Shown here piece after piece: positions 6,791-16,654 of a stretch of DNA of 64,000 nucleotides (within the stretch, counting starts at the first letter, position 1; each line of letters starts with the position of its first letter). The position numbers were made by a program, and so were the translations under genes. The notes beneath the pieces were generated by a model that was not told where the DNA came from, did not search any database, and was given only the letters and a program-made list of their open reading frames with translations. The stretch is from Candidatus Kerfeldbacteria bacterium (GTDB lineage Bacteria; Patescibacteriota; Patescibacteriia; SBBC01), in the NCBI GenBank assembly GCA_043799405.1, contig JAZDNT010000002.1, positions 10,716 through 74,715 of the forward strand. Reading direction: 5' to 3'.

Positions 6791-9088
6791 ATGTTATTAA
6801 GAAAATTCGGGTGTTTCATAGCGGTGGTGGCGCTCGTGCTTCCAGCGGGTTTGCCGTTAACGCTGCAGGCGGAAAGCGCGCAAACGGTCGTCATAAACGA
6901 ACTCTTATGGATGGGCTCGCCCGCGTCGTCCGCAGACGAGTGGATCGAGCTTCGGAACATGACCGACGCCGTCGTCGATATTGGCGGGTGGCGGTTGACG
7001 CGGCTGTCGTCGGGCAGCGAGGCGGCGATGGTGACCGTGCCGGCAGGAAAGTCCATTGCAGCCCGCGGATTATTCCTCATCTCGAACTTCGGTTCGGATT
7101 CGGCGAGCACCGCGCTCGCGGTTGCTCCTGACGTCGTCGATAGCGCGGTCTCGCTCCTGAACTCGGGGTTGCAGATCAAGCTGTACGATGCAGCGGGGAA
7201 TATGATCGATGTCGCTGATGATGGAACGGGAACGCCGCTCGCGGGAACGTACGAATCCGGCAAGACGTATGCGTCGATGGCGAGGAACGGCTTGCCTGGC
7301 GATGGCACGAAGCAGGGCTCATGGCACGCGTCGGCAATTGCCGTGGGTTTCAAGCAGGGGACGATCCCATTGGGAACGCCGGGCAGCGCGAACGACAATG
7401 TTCCACCGACGGTCTCCGCTGTGCCTGATCAGACAGCGACCGTCGGAAGCCAGCTTACCTTCGATGCATCCGATGCCATTGATGTCGACGGTGATGCACT
7501 GACGTACGCATGGAATTTCGGCGACGGCGCCACAGGCGACGTTGCTACACCAGTCCATGCGTACACAGCAGCGGGAACGTTCCACGGTTCGTTGTCGGTA
7601 TCGGACGGAAAGATCCTGACTGTCATGACATTCACGGTCACTGTGACCACGGTTCTAGCAACGGCTCCTGTGAGCGGACCTTCGGCAACGACGGATAAAG
7701 CGGTTGCTGGTGCGCCATCGACCGGAACCGCGCTCATAACTGAGTTGTTGCCGAATCCGGACGCGACGCAGAGCGAATTCATCGAGCTGCATGCTCCCGA
7801 TGCGGACGTTGACGTGTCAGAGTGGACGCTCTCTGACAATGGCGGGACAGTGTACTCAGTACCGAAGGGCTCTATAGTTACGCGCAGTTCGTTCCTGGTG
7901 ATCGACCGTACGAAGAGCAGGATCGCGCTGAACAACGACGGCGATGGCGTTACACTGAAGCGTCCTGACGGTACTGTCGCGGACGAAGTGACGTACGGCG
8001 CAGCCGAGAAAGGCTCGTCGTATGCACGGGACGGGAAGACGTGGGTGTGGACCATCGTGCCGACGCCCGGCGTTGCGAACGTCTTCAGGAAACTGAACCA
8101 CGCGCCGAAGGCCGCTTTCAGCTGCGCATCGCGAAAACGCGTCAATGAGCGGGTCGAGTGTACAGCAACGGATTCGAACGATCCTGACGGTGACGTACTT
8201 ACGTTCACGTGGGATTTCGGTGACGGCGTTACACGAAAAGGAGCGGTTGTTCAGCATCAGTTCAAAACCGACGGCGTCTTTACGGTGCGGCTGTCTGTTA
8301 GCGATACCGGAGGATTGACCGATATCGAGGAAAAGCAGGTGACGATCAGGCCTGCGCTAACCGGAGCAAAAAAGCCCCAGGTCAAAGGCGCATCGGTCGT
8401 AACGTCAGTGAAAGACATTAAAGAGGCCGCAACGAACACGATCGTCAAAATATCGGGGTGGGTGAGCGCTGCCCCGAACTTACTCGGCGACGGAGTGATG
8501 TACGTGACCGATGGGGCGGTTGGTATTGCGGTCAGGTCGGCTGGGGCACTTCCGAAGCTTGCGGTAGGTGATGCGGTCACCGTCACCGGCGAACGGCGAA
8601 CAAAGAGCGGCGAAGCATACGTTTACGTTACGGATAAGAACGGCATTATGGTAAAGGGCGGAACAAAGGCAATAATTCCAGCAGCGATTGCCGCGAACTC
8701 TATCGATGCTGATTCGGTCGGATCGTTCGTTGTCCTGACCGGAGACATCGTCGGTGTGAGCGGCAGCAAAATAACGTTCGACGACGGAACAGGCGAGGTC
8801 GCCGTATATATCCGCGTAACGACCGGCATAAAGAAGCCCGCGCTTCACGTCGGCGACCGCGTGACCGTCGCGGGAATTATCGGTATGACGTCCGGCGGGA
8901 TCCGTTTGCTTCCGCGGGTATCGGAGGACATGAGCCAAATCAGCGCGGCGGTCCAGCCACAACAGAATCCTATCGTTGTACAGTCGGTACGAAAACCATC
9001 TGCATGGACGTATGCAGCGGTTGTTGCAGCGCTCGCGATCGGTATCGGTGTAGGTTTTTTGCGAAAACAGAAGACCGCCGCTGTGTAA
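6791..9088 (+). CDS. Surface protein: lamin-tail domains, PKD domains, OB-folds, C-terminal TM
   Basis: VVINELLW..DEWIEL and LITELLPNP..EFIEL (LTD); YAWNFGDG and FTWDFGDG (PKD); two OB-like regions; signal peptide and C-terminal anchor. Confidence 0.85.
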   Translation: MLLRKFGCFIAVVALVLPAGLPLTLQAESAQTVVINELLWMGSPASSADEWIELRNMTDAVVDIGGWRLTRLSSGSEAAMVTVPAGKSIAARGLFLISNFGSDSASTALAVAPDVVDSAVSLLNSGLQIKLYDAAGNMIDVADDGTGTPLAGTYESGKTYASMARNGLPGDGTKQGSWHASAIAVGFKQGTIPLGTPGSANDNVPPTVSAVPDQTATVGSQLTFDASDAIDVDGDALTYAWNFGDGATGDVATPVHAYTAAGTFHGSLSVSDGKILTVMTFTVTVTTVLATAPVSGPSATTDKAVAGAPSTGTALITELLPNPDATQSEFIELHAPDADVDVSEWTLSDNGGTVYSVPKGSIVTRSSFLVIDRTKSRIALNNDGDGVTLKRPDGTVADEVTYGAAEKGSSYARDGKTWVWTIVPTPGVANVFRKLNHAPKAAFSCASRKRVNERVECTATDSNDPDGDVLTFTWDFGDGVTRKGAVVQHQFKTDGVFTVRLSVSDTGGLTDIEEKQVTIRPALTGAKKPQVKGASVVTSVKDIKEAATNTIVKISGWVSAAPNLLGDGVMYVTDGAVGIAVRSAGALPKLAVGDAVTVTGERRTKSGEAYVYVTDKNGIMVKGGTKAIIPAAIAANSIDADSVGSFVVLTGDIVGVSGSKITFDDGTGEVAVYIRVTTGIKKPALHVGDRVTVAGIIGMTSGGIRLLPRVSEDMSQISAAVQPQQNPIVVQSVRKPSAWTYAAVVAALAIGIGVGFLRKQKTAAV

Positions 9089-9103
9089 CGCTGAGTGGGG
9101 TTT

Positions 9104-9137
9104 GGGGTGCGCAGAGGAGATTATCCATGCGCACCCC
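9104..9137. terminator. Hairpin between convergent genes
   Basis: ggggtgcgca...tgcgcacccc. Confidence 0.6.
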
Positions 9138-9159
9138 GTTCCCTCCTTTGTTGTGTGTC

Positions 9160-10188
9160 CTATCGAAGTCCAAGCTCCTGAAGCGCAGCGCGGTAGCCGT
9201 CGACACGGAACAGCGGTGAGAGGCCCCTGTCCCGGTACACGTGGTCAACGAGGACCGCGATGAAGGGTGCAGCCGAGATGACCGTCAGCTTCGGTCCGAG
9301 GATCTCGCGGTGACGGTTGCTGATAGGCACCGTGTCCATGGTGACAACGCCGTCGATGGCGCTTTCGGCGAGGGTGTAGCACACTGCGTCGTTCGCGAAC
9401 ACGGGGTGCGTGATTACGAGGACGAACTTCTTCGCGCCGAGACCTTTCGCGGCGTTGCAGATGATCCGCGCGGAAGTGCCGGTCGTGACGAGGTCGTCCA
9501 GACCGTAGGCGACGTCGACGTCGAAGTTTCCCATGATGATCGGCTCATCATGGAATCCCGTTGACGTGGTGCCATCCTTGTCGGCAAATCCGATCTCGAC
9601 GCGATGCCCGAGCTCACGCAGGGAGCGGCAGACCGCCCGCACCCGCTTCACGCCGCCCAGGTCGATGGAGGTGATGATCGCCTTCGTGAGGTCCTGCGTC
9701 ATAAGCCAGTCGAGCAGCACCGCTTGCGTGTAGAGACGGTCCACGCGAAGTCCGTCGTTGTACGCTTCGTAGAGAGCGACGCCGACTTCTGAGTGCGGTT
9801 CGACGAGGATTACGTCGTCGGCCCCGGACTGTGCGATGAGCTTGATCGGGATCTTCAGGGTGACGACCCTTCGCGGTTCCTCGCGGCGGTCCTGTCGCTG
9901 GTACGCCTGGAGCGTGATGATCACGGTGATACGGTGCGCCGCGCGTTTTGCGATCATGATCTTCGCGCAGAGGTTGATGTAGTTCCGGTCAGGCTGCTGT
10001 TCCGAGGCGACGAAGATCACGTGCTTCCCGCGAAGGTCGTCGACCTCGAGGACTTTCGGTTCGCCATCATCGTGCGAACCGATGTTGATGTAGGTGAGGC
10101 CGACACCGAGGAGCCGGGCGATGTCCGCGGCGAGCTGATCATTGCCGCAGCCCACCACCGCAAGATTACCGTAGTCGAACGCTGGCAT
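9160..10188 (-). CDS. prs: Divergent ribose-phosphate pyrophosphokinase family protein
   Basis: HDDGE, AYQRQDRR, SIDLGGVKR, LDDLVTTGTS (PRPP-binding), THPVF, VVTMDTVP. Confidence 0.85.
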   Translation of the reverse strand: MPAFDYGNLAVVGCGNDQLAADIARLLGVGLTYINIGSHDDGEPKVLEVDDLRGKHVIFVASEQQPDRNYINLCAKIMIAKRAAHRITVIITLQAYQRQDRREEPRRVVTLKIPIKLIAQSGADDVILVEPHSEVGVALYEAYNDGLRVDRLYTQAVLLDWLMTQDLTKAIITSIDLGGVKRVRAVCRSLRELGHRVEIGFADKDGTTSTGFHDEPIIMGNFDVDVAYGLDDLVTTGTSARIICNAAKGLGAKKFVLVITHPVFANDAVCYTLAESAIDGVVTMDTVPISNRHREILGPKLTVISAAPFIAVLVDHVYRDRGLSPLFRVDGYRAALQELGLR

Positions 10189-10296
10189 GAAAGTTCACCT
10201 CGCTTGCGCCGAAACGACCGACGCTGTATGGGGTAGGGTATGTATCTCCGATAGGAGAGAGTTCAAGGTGCTGCGTTTGTTTCGGGTTGATTGGGC

Positions 10297-10325
10297 ATCC
10301 TATCGCGAAGCAGCCCCGTCGTCAA
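10297..10325 (-). promoter_or_regulatory. Sigma70-like promoter for prs-like gene
   Basis: TTGACG-17-TAGGAT. Confidence 0.55.
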
Positions 10326-10362
10326 ATCGTCGTTTTAACGCGCTACGTGGTACAATATCCGT

Positions 10363-11073
10363 ATGGACCAGTATTTAGAGATGATTGTTGGACACATTGA
10401 AGAGCGGTTCCATCCCGTCTCGATTTTCCTCTATGGTTCGCGCGCACGCGGCGATCAGGAGGAAATTAGCGACTATGAAATCGGCGTTCTTTTCAGTAAT
10501 GATAATCCTGTGACAAGAACGATGCTGCGGGAACTGAATCCTCCGGCAAATTTTCTCATCTACCCCTTTCACTACGCTCAATTTCTTAAGCATCATATTG
10601 ACAGTCCTTTTCCGCAGAATATTTTTTTCAGGGATTTGCGCGTCAGCGGCAAAACGCTTTCGGGAAAATCTGTCATTGAGAAGTTTACGCCTCCTCCGAT
10701 CGCCGTGGTTGATCTGGTGGAGCGGATAAATTTCGATATGGCTTTTTCGCTTGCTGCGTTGTTCTCTTTTCGGACCGGATATTCCCGACAGGCGAAAAAC
10801 GATTTCACGAAATCGTGTTTGTTCGGTGTGCGATGTCTCACTATATTGCAAGACAATATTTTTCCAAAGACGTATGATGAAATGCACGAACGGTCAAAAT
10901 CACTGCCGTTAAGAGATTTTCACGACGTGGTTGCCAACGCCATCGCTGTCCGGCACGGCGATGCGCTGCAGGAGAAATTCGTATTTCGGAACATCTCCCT
11001 GTTGAATACGATTGTAAGGGAGAAGATACGGGGTCACTTTAATCGTCATGGCGACAGTGTTGTCATTCAATAG
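10363..11073 (+). CDS. Nucleotidyltransferase (Pol-beta/MNT-like) domain protein
   Basis: IFLYGSRARGDQEEISDYEIGV; AT-richer than neighbours; TGn-TACAAT 6 nt before ATG. Confidence 0.75.
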   Translation: MDQYLEMIVGHIEERFHPVSIFLYGSRARGDQEEISDYEIGVLFSNDNPVTRTMLRELNPPANFLIYPFHYAQFLKHHIDSPFPQNIFFRDLRVSGKTLSGKSVIEKFTPPPIAVVDLVERINFDMAFSLAALFSFRTGYSRQAKNDFTKSCLFGVRCLTILQDNIFPKTYDEMHERSKSLPLRDFHDVVANAIAVRHGDALQEKFVFRNISLLNTIVREKIRGHFNRHGDSVVIQ

Positions 11074-11117
11074 TGTATGGTACAGCACAGGAAAAAACTC
11101 GTGATTATCGACGGAAA

Positions 11118-11153
11118 CCCCGCACCGTACGCTTCGCTTGGGTGCGAGGCAGG
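11118..11153. repeat. CCCGCACC-family hairpin element upstream of polA
   Basis: ccccgcacc...ggtgcgagg-cagg. Confidence 0.55.
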
Positions 11154-11165
11154 CGCTCTAACCTT

Positions 11166-13928
11166 ATGAGTGCTACACGAAAAAAATTAGTAATAGTTGA
11201 TGGTAACGCGTTGATCCACCGCAGTTTTCATGCTCTCCCGCCGCTCTCGAAAAAGGACGGTACACTTATTAATGCCGTGTACGGTTTTACGACGGTACTT
11301 TTGAAGATGTTCAAGGAACTGAAGCCGACGCACGTTGCCGTCTGCTTTGACCGGAAGGAGAAGACGTTCCGTCACGAGGAGTTCGCGGACTACAAGGCGA
11401 CGAGGGTGAAGGCTCCCCAAGAGCTCTACGACCAGATCCCGCTCGTGAAGCAGCTCGTCGAAAGCTTCAACATTCCGATGTTCGAGAAAGCCGGTTTTGA
11501 GGCTGACGACCTCATCGGTACGATCGTGAAGGAAGCAAAAAATATTCCAAAGGTCATCGTGACCGGCGACATGGATACGCTGCAGCTCGTCGACAAGGAT
11601 ACGACCGTTTACACTCTTAAGAAAGGACTCGGCGAGACAATGACGTACGATGCGGGCGCCGTACAGGAACGTTTCGGGATCCTGCCTGCGCAGCTCATTG
11701 ATTACAAGGCGCTCCGCGGCGATCCGTCCGATAATATTCCCGGGGTCCACGGTATCGGCGAAAAGACGGCATCCGAGCTTATAGCAAAATTCGGGACAAT
11801 CGAGAAGTTGTACAGCGCACTGGAAAAGAAGTCCACGAAAACAAAAGATATTCCGGACGGCGTCAGGGAAAAACTTGAGCATGGCCGGAAAGACGCATTC
11901 CTTTCAAAGCGCCTTGCAACGATCACGCGGGATGTTCCCGTACTCTTCTCGCTCGATGAAGCGGCGCGGAAGCACTATGACCGCTCGAAGGTTGCGGCGC
12001 TGTTCAGGGACCTTGAATTCACATCGCTGCTGAATAAGCTGCCGGATGACGCAGAGGAGGAAAAGGAATCTCCATCGAAGAAGGCAGCGGTGCAGGCGCT
12101 ACTGATCGACTCTGCGCCTCCGTTAAAGCAAGGCCACGACTATTCGTTGGTCGCCGACCAGGCGTTATTCGATGCGTTCATTGCAAAACTCCGTGGTCAG
12201 AGATCGTTCACGATCGATACGGAGACGACCGGCCTCGATCCTCTGAGCGCGAAACTTCTCGGTATCAGTTTTTCATGGGGGGAAGGAAAGGCATTCTTCG
12301 TTTCACTGCAGGGCGACTGGTTACTCCATTTACAGCCGATCCTTGAGGATAAAAACATCGAGAAGCGCGGACATAACCTGAAGTACGATCTAAGCGTGCT
12401 CGAAACCGCGGGCGTTACGCTCCGCGGAGCGACGTTCGATACGATGATCGCATCATACCTCTTAAGCCCTGGTTCACGGGCGCACAATCTGAACGCCCTT
12501 GCCTTTGAGCAGTTCGGGTATGAGATGCAGCCGATCGAAGCGCTCATCGGACCCAAAGGGAAGAAACAGCTACCAATAGAGACGGTTCCCGTTCAGAAGC
12601 TGTCGTGGTATTCGTGTGAGGATGCGGACTACACAGAACGGCTTGTTCATGTCCTGTCAGACCGGCTGAACCACGAACGGCAGCTGCGTGATGTTTTTGA
12701 TACGATCGAAATGCCGCTCGTACCGGTTCTGACGTCCATGGAGAGGAACGGCGTAAAGATCGACGTCGATTTCTTGCGCACGATGAGCGTAGAGCTGGGA
12801 AAGAGGATAGCAACGCTCGAAAGCGGCATCCACCGTCTTGCCGGTACGCCGTTCAACATCGCTTCTCCGCTACAACTGAAAGAGGTGCTGTTCGATAAGC
12901 TGCACCTTCCGACGAAGGGCATCGGAAAGACGAAGACCGGCATTTCGACTGCCGCTGATCAGCTCGAAAAGCTCGCTGATGCGCATCCGATCGTCGGGAA
13001 GATCATGGAGTACCGGGAGCTTACTAAGCTCAAATCGACCTACCTCGATGCTCTGCCGGAGCTCGTGAATCCGTCTGACGGACGCGTACATACGAGCTTC
13101 AATCAGACGGTGACCGCGACCGGCCGATTATCCTCTTCAGATCCTAACTTCCAGAACATACCGATCCGAACGGAGCTCGGCGCGGAGATACGGAAGGCGT
13201 TCATAGCGGACCGCGGCAAACGCATACTGTCCGCGGACTACTCGCAGATCGAGCTCAGGATCGCCGCCTCGATCGCGGACGTAAAGAAAATGATCGAGTC
13301 GTTCAACAAAAACGAGGACATACACGCGCGTACTGCAGCGGAGATCCACGGCATTCCGATCGCCAAAGTGACAAAGGAGATACGGCGGACCGCAAAAGAG
13401 GTGAACTTCGGCGTGCTGTATGGAATGGGCGCGACCGGCCTTGCCCGCCGGCAGGGGATCGGCAAGGAGGAGGCGCAGGCGTTCATCGAGAAGTACTACA
13501 TGGTGTACCACGAGCTGCAGGATTGGATGGAAGAGACGATCAATGCTGCCCGCGCCCGCGGATATGTTGAGACGCTGTTCGGAAGGCGGCGCTACCTTCC
13601 CGAGCTTACGTCGTCGAATCCGATGATCCGTGCTGCTGCGGAACGTATGGCCGTCAACATGCCGACGCAGGGCACGTCGGCCGACATCATCAAGCTCGCG
13701 ATGATCCGCATCAATGAACAGTTGCCGAAGGTATCAGAAGGGTCGAAAATGATCCTGCAGGTGCACGATGAGCTCGTGTTCGAGGTGCCGGAAAAGGATG
13801 TTCATAAGGTTGGGGCGCTGGTGAAGGAAATAATGGAGAATGTATACACATTAAAGGTTCCTACGGTCGTTGAGGTTGAGATCGGTAAGAATTGGGGAGA
13901 GACAGAGAAACTCGGAGGGAAAACCTGA
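11166..13928 (+). CDS. polA: DNA polymerase I
   Basis: 5'-3' exonuclease (VDGNALIHRSFHA, EADDLIG), 3'-5' exonuclease (IDTETTG), polymerase motifs DYSQIELR, AKEVNFG, QVHDEL; start at MSATRKK. Confidence 0.98.
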   Translation: MSATRKKLVIVDGNALIHRSFHALPPLSKKDGTLINAVYGFTTVLLKMFKELKPTHVAVCFDRKEKTFRHEEFADYKATRVKAPQELYDQIPLVKQLVESFNIPMFEKAGFEADDLIGTIVKEAKNIPKVIVTGDMDTLQLVDKDTTVYTLKKGLGETMTYDAGAVQERFGILPAQLIDYKALRGDPSDNIPGVHGIGEKTASELIAKFGTIEKLYSALEKKSTKTKDIPDGVREKLEHGRKDAFLSKRLATITRDVPVLFSLDEAARKHYDRSKVAALFRDLEFTSLLNKLPDDAEEEKESPSKKAAVQALLIDSAPPLKQGHDYSLVADQALFDAFIAKLRGQRSFTIDTETTGLDPLSAKLLGISFSWGEGKAFFVSLQGDWLLHLQPILEDKNIEKRGHNLKYDLSVLETAGVTLRGATFDTMIASYLLSPGSRAHNLNALAFEQFGYEMQPIEALIGPKGKKQLPIETVPVQKLSWYSCEDADYTERLVHVLSDRLNHERQLRDVFDTIEMPLVPVLTSMERNGVKIDVDFLRTMSVELGKRIATLESGIHRLAGTPFNIASPLQLKEVLFDKLHLPTKGIGKTKTGISTAADQLEKLADAHPIVGKIMEYRELTKLKSTYLDALPELVNPSDGRVHTSFNQTVTATGRLSSSDPNFQNIPIRTELGAEIRKAFIADRGKRILSADYSQIELRIAASIADVKKMIESFNKNEDIHARTAAEIHGIPIAKVTKEIRRTAKEVNFGVLYGMGATGLARRQGIGKEEAQAFIEKYYMVYHELQDWMEETINAARARGYVETLFGRRRYLPELTSSNPMIRAAAERMAVNMPTQGTSADIIKLAMIRINEQLPKVSEGSKMILQVHDELVFEVPEKDVHKVGALVKEIMENVYTLKVPTVVEVEIGKNWGETEKLGGKT

Positions 13929-14100
13929 GCGGTTTTCCCTTCCGACAGCCTCCCTTTCCCTTGCGAGGAATCGCGCCTCGCGGCTCGTCTAGGGTCCCGT
14001 CGGGCAAAGCCCGCCACCCTGATCCTCGCCGCTTCGGTCGCGATGAAGATTTACAATCCGCCTCGCAGGCTCGGCGGATGTTGTAGATTATAGAAATGGA

Positions 14101-14133
14101 AACGTCGACCTCGGGGGACCGAAGGTCGACGTT
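14101..14133 (-). terminator. Hairpin terminator of FabZ-like unit
   Basis: aacgtcgacct...aggtcgacgtt. Confidence 0.6.
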
Positions 14134-14177
14134 GTGCGCGTGTGCGCAATTCATGGACAGTGCAGATGATCGGGCGC

Positions 14178-14333
14178 TTACTCCTTGCCCCAGGCGATCC
14201 AGCCCAGGATCCCGAAGGCGATCAGGATAGCGACGCCACTGGAATACACCTTCCAGTTCATCAGTATGAGGCCGAGAACCATGACGACCCCACCGATGTA
14301 GTATGCGATCGCGAACAATCGCTCGGCCGTCAT
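14178..14333 (-). CDS. Small two-TM membrane protein (51 aa, absent from ORF track)
   Basis: MTAERLFAIAYYIGGVVMVLGLILMNWKVYSSGVAILIAFGILGWIAWGKE; AAGGAG SD. Confidence 0.7.
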   Translation of the reverse strand: MTAERLFAIAYYIGGVVMVLGLILMNWKVYSSGVAILIAFGILGWIAWGKE

Positions 14334-14360
14334 AGCGGTCTCCTTGTGGTGAGCTGCGTG

Positions 14361-15113
14361 TCAGTCCTCGCCGATTACTCCCGACGAGACCGGGATACTG
14401 AAGGGTTCGGGTGCAAGGACCTCGACGCTGGTGAACGGCGCCGTCTCGACGTGTTGGGCCGGATGCTTGGACGAGACCATACAGGTCTGCGTCCCCTCGT
14501 ACACGACGCGATCGCCGACTTTTCCCAGGGAAGAGAAGGAGACGATCACCATGCCGCGGTCTCTACTTCCCGAGATACGCGTTGTCACGATTCTCATCGT
14601 GATGATGTCGCCGGGCTTCGCTTCCCCTCGGAACGCAAGATCCTTTGCTCGCGTCCACCGTCCCACAAGTGGGACGCGACACGGATCCGGAAGCTCGAAT
14701 CCGAACGCCCGCCTGCGGAGCGCATACATGAGCGCAGCGAAGACCTGGTTCGCCACTTCGGGGTAGAGGTGGCCCGGAAACACAGGGTACCCGGGAAAGT
14801 GGCCGGTGCAGTGCTCATCGGTGACGGCGAGAGTTCCGGTGGCGCTGTAGATGCCATTGGCATCGGACGCCGGAACCGTGGCGACCGATGCGGAATCGAG
14901 CAGAAGCGCTTCCGGCCCGAACGGAAGAGATTCCGCGAGCTCGAGCTCGCCCAGCACGATAGCGCAGTTCGCGATGTCCGCAGGCAGGAGCTTCGCACCG
15001 CATACCGAGCAAGCCTCAGGGAACACCGCGCCGTCCCTCTGGACCGCAGTCCAGCAGTACGGGCAGAACGGCGTGAACCTTGGGTCACACAACAGATGCA
15101 GGTGTTGTTTCAT
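14361..15113 (-). CDS. FabZ/FabA-like hot-dog dehydratase with N-terminal zinc ribbon
   Basis: CPYC..CSVC; GHFPGYPVFPGHLYPEVANQ; FRGEAKPGD; GGAGGT SD. Confidence 0.8.
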   Translation of the reverse strand: MKQHLHLLCDPRFTPFCPYCWTAVQRDGAVFPEACSVCGAKLLPADIANCAIVLGELELAESLPFGPEALLLDSASVATVPASDANGIYSATGTLAVTDEHCTGHFPGYPVFPGHLYPEVANQVFAALMYALRRRAFGFELPDPCRVPLVGRWTRAKDLAFRGEAKPGDIITMRIVTTRISGSRDRGMVIVSFSSLGKVGDRVVYEGTQTCMVSSKHPAQHVETAPFTSVEVLAPEPFSIPVSSGVIGED

Positions 15114-15252
15114 CGCTGGTACCTCCGAGTTGAAGGTGGACGTTGAAATCCCGTGGGAACCAAGATACGTACAGCGTGATGTCTACGAGCAATACCCTCC
15201 CTGGTTTGTTGGTGTTTGTGGTTGCGTTGGAATGTTGCTACGATAACGCTCG

Positions 15253-15281
15253 ACGGTATCACTGTACAGCCGTCCTGTCAA
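15253..15281 (-). promoter_or_regulatory. Sigma70-like promoter for FabZ-like unit
   Basis: TTGACA-17-TACCGT. Confidence 0.45.
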
Positions 15282-15369
15282 TCCCATTAGAGAGCCGCTT
15301 AAACTTGAGTAATTTTTTGAGTTCTTATACAACAATGATATCATTGAACTCTCTAACGGGATCAATCCC

Positions 15370-16347
15370 ATGATCATCTACCTTTCCGGCGCTGATACGT
15401 TTCGTTCGCGCGAACGGCTGCATCAGCTTCGCAATGCCTTTATAAAGAAGTACGATCCCTCCGGCATGAACGTCGTTTCGCTCGAGGGCGCAAGTCTTAA
15501 GTTCGAAAAGTTCCAGCAGTGCGTGTCGAGCCAGGGATTCTTGAGCTCGCGGCGGCTCGTTATCATCGACCGTCCGTTCGAAGCAGACAGGAAGACGCAG
15601 GAATCGATCGCCGAGTTCATCACGTCGAAATCGGTTCCCGATGATACCATCGTCGTGTTCATCGGCGATGACGTTATACAGAAAAAACGTACGAAGGACG
15701 CCGAGGGAGCCTCACCGCTCGCATCGGTCCTTCAGCACAGCAAGAACAGAGAAATGTTCGATGCGTTGGGGCCAGCTGACGCCGAACGCTGGATCATAAA
15801 GAGGGTGAAGGAGCGCGGCGGTTCGATCGATCAAGCCGCAGCAGAGCGTCTCGCGAGCATCATTTCGAGCGATCTCTGGCTCGCGACAAACGAGATCGAC
15901 AAGCTCGTCAATCAGAAGCGCTCTGCGCCGATAACGGTCGGCAACGTCGAGAACGACATCAGCGAGAAGATCGAGGCGAACATCTTCGAGTTCACCGATG
16001 CGCTCAGCAAGAAGAATGCGCGTGCAGCGCTTGCTTCACTCGAGCGTCACTTCGCCTCAGGCGCAAACGAGCTGTATCTTCTTACCATGATCGCACGCCA
16101 GATACGGATACTGCTCTCGATCGCTGATATCGCGAAGAGCGAACCGAACCCCTCGACGATCGCAGCACGGCTCTCACTCCATCCGTATGTAGTGAAAAAA
16201 AGTCTTGAACAGATAAGGACATTCTCCCGCTCGGAGCTGTTGCGCGCCCACGACGAGATCGTCGAGATCGACCACCGACTGAAAAATTCCCGAGATAATC
16301 CTCGGGCGCTCCTGGAGCTGTTCGTGCTCCGGATGTGCGGTGACTAG
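15370..16347 (+). CDS. holA: DNA polymerase III subunit delta
   Basis: MIIYLSGADTFRS, FLSSRRLVII, NEIDKL, NIFEFTDAL, LHPYVVKK; adjacent to rpsT. Confidence 0.92.
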   Translation: MIIYLSGADTFRSRERLHQLRNAFIKKYDPSGMNVVSLEGASLKFEKFQQCVSSQGFLSSRRLVIIDRPFEADRKTQESIAEFITSKSVPDDTIVVFIGDDVIQKKRTKDAEGASPLASVLQHSKNREMFDALGPADAERWIIKRVKERGGSIDQAAAERLASIISSDLWLATNEIDKLVNQKRSAPITVGNVENDISEKIEANIFEFTDALSKKNARAALASLERHFASGANELYLLTMIARQIRILLSIADIAKSEPNPSTIAARLSLHPYVVKKSLEQIRTFSRSELLRAHDEIVEIDHRLKNSRDNPRALLELFVLRMCGD

Positions 16348-16607
16348 CTGAGTTTCTTTACAGCGGCGTGCAGGCGCGACTTGAGCCGGGCTGCGGTATT
16401 TTTCTTTATGACGTCCTTTTGTGCCGCACGGTCGATGATCGAGACCGTTTTTTTGAGGAGATCGGACGCCTTCGCTTTGTCCTTTGCCGCAGCCGCCTTT
16501 CGGACAGCCTTGACTGCTCGTTTCAGGTTGAGCTTAACGCGGAGGTTGCGGCTGCGACGGCGCTCTGCCTGTCGCATTGACTTGAACGCTGCGTGTTTGA
16601 TCGGCAT
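16344..16607 (-). CDS. rpsT: 30S ribosomal protein S20
   Basis: MPIKHAAFKSMRQ...IDRAAQKDVIKKNTAARLKSRL. Confidence 0.95.
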   Translation of the reverse strand: MPIKHAAFKSMRQAERRRSRNLRVKLNLKRAVKAVRKAAAAKDKAKASDLLKKTVSIIDRAAQKDVIKKNTAARLKSRLHAAVKKLS

Positions 16608-16654
16608 GGTTCTTTAGTATCTAGGGTGAGTTAATCGGATGCGCGAGCAGTATA

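Noticed and set aside
11073-11165. N-terminal extension of PolA in the ORF track
   Set aside because: Spans a promoter-like TGG-TACAGC and a hairpin element; homology begins at ATG 11166
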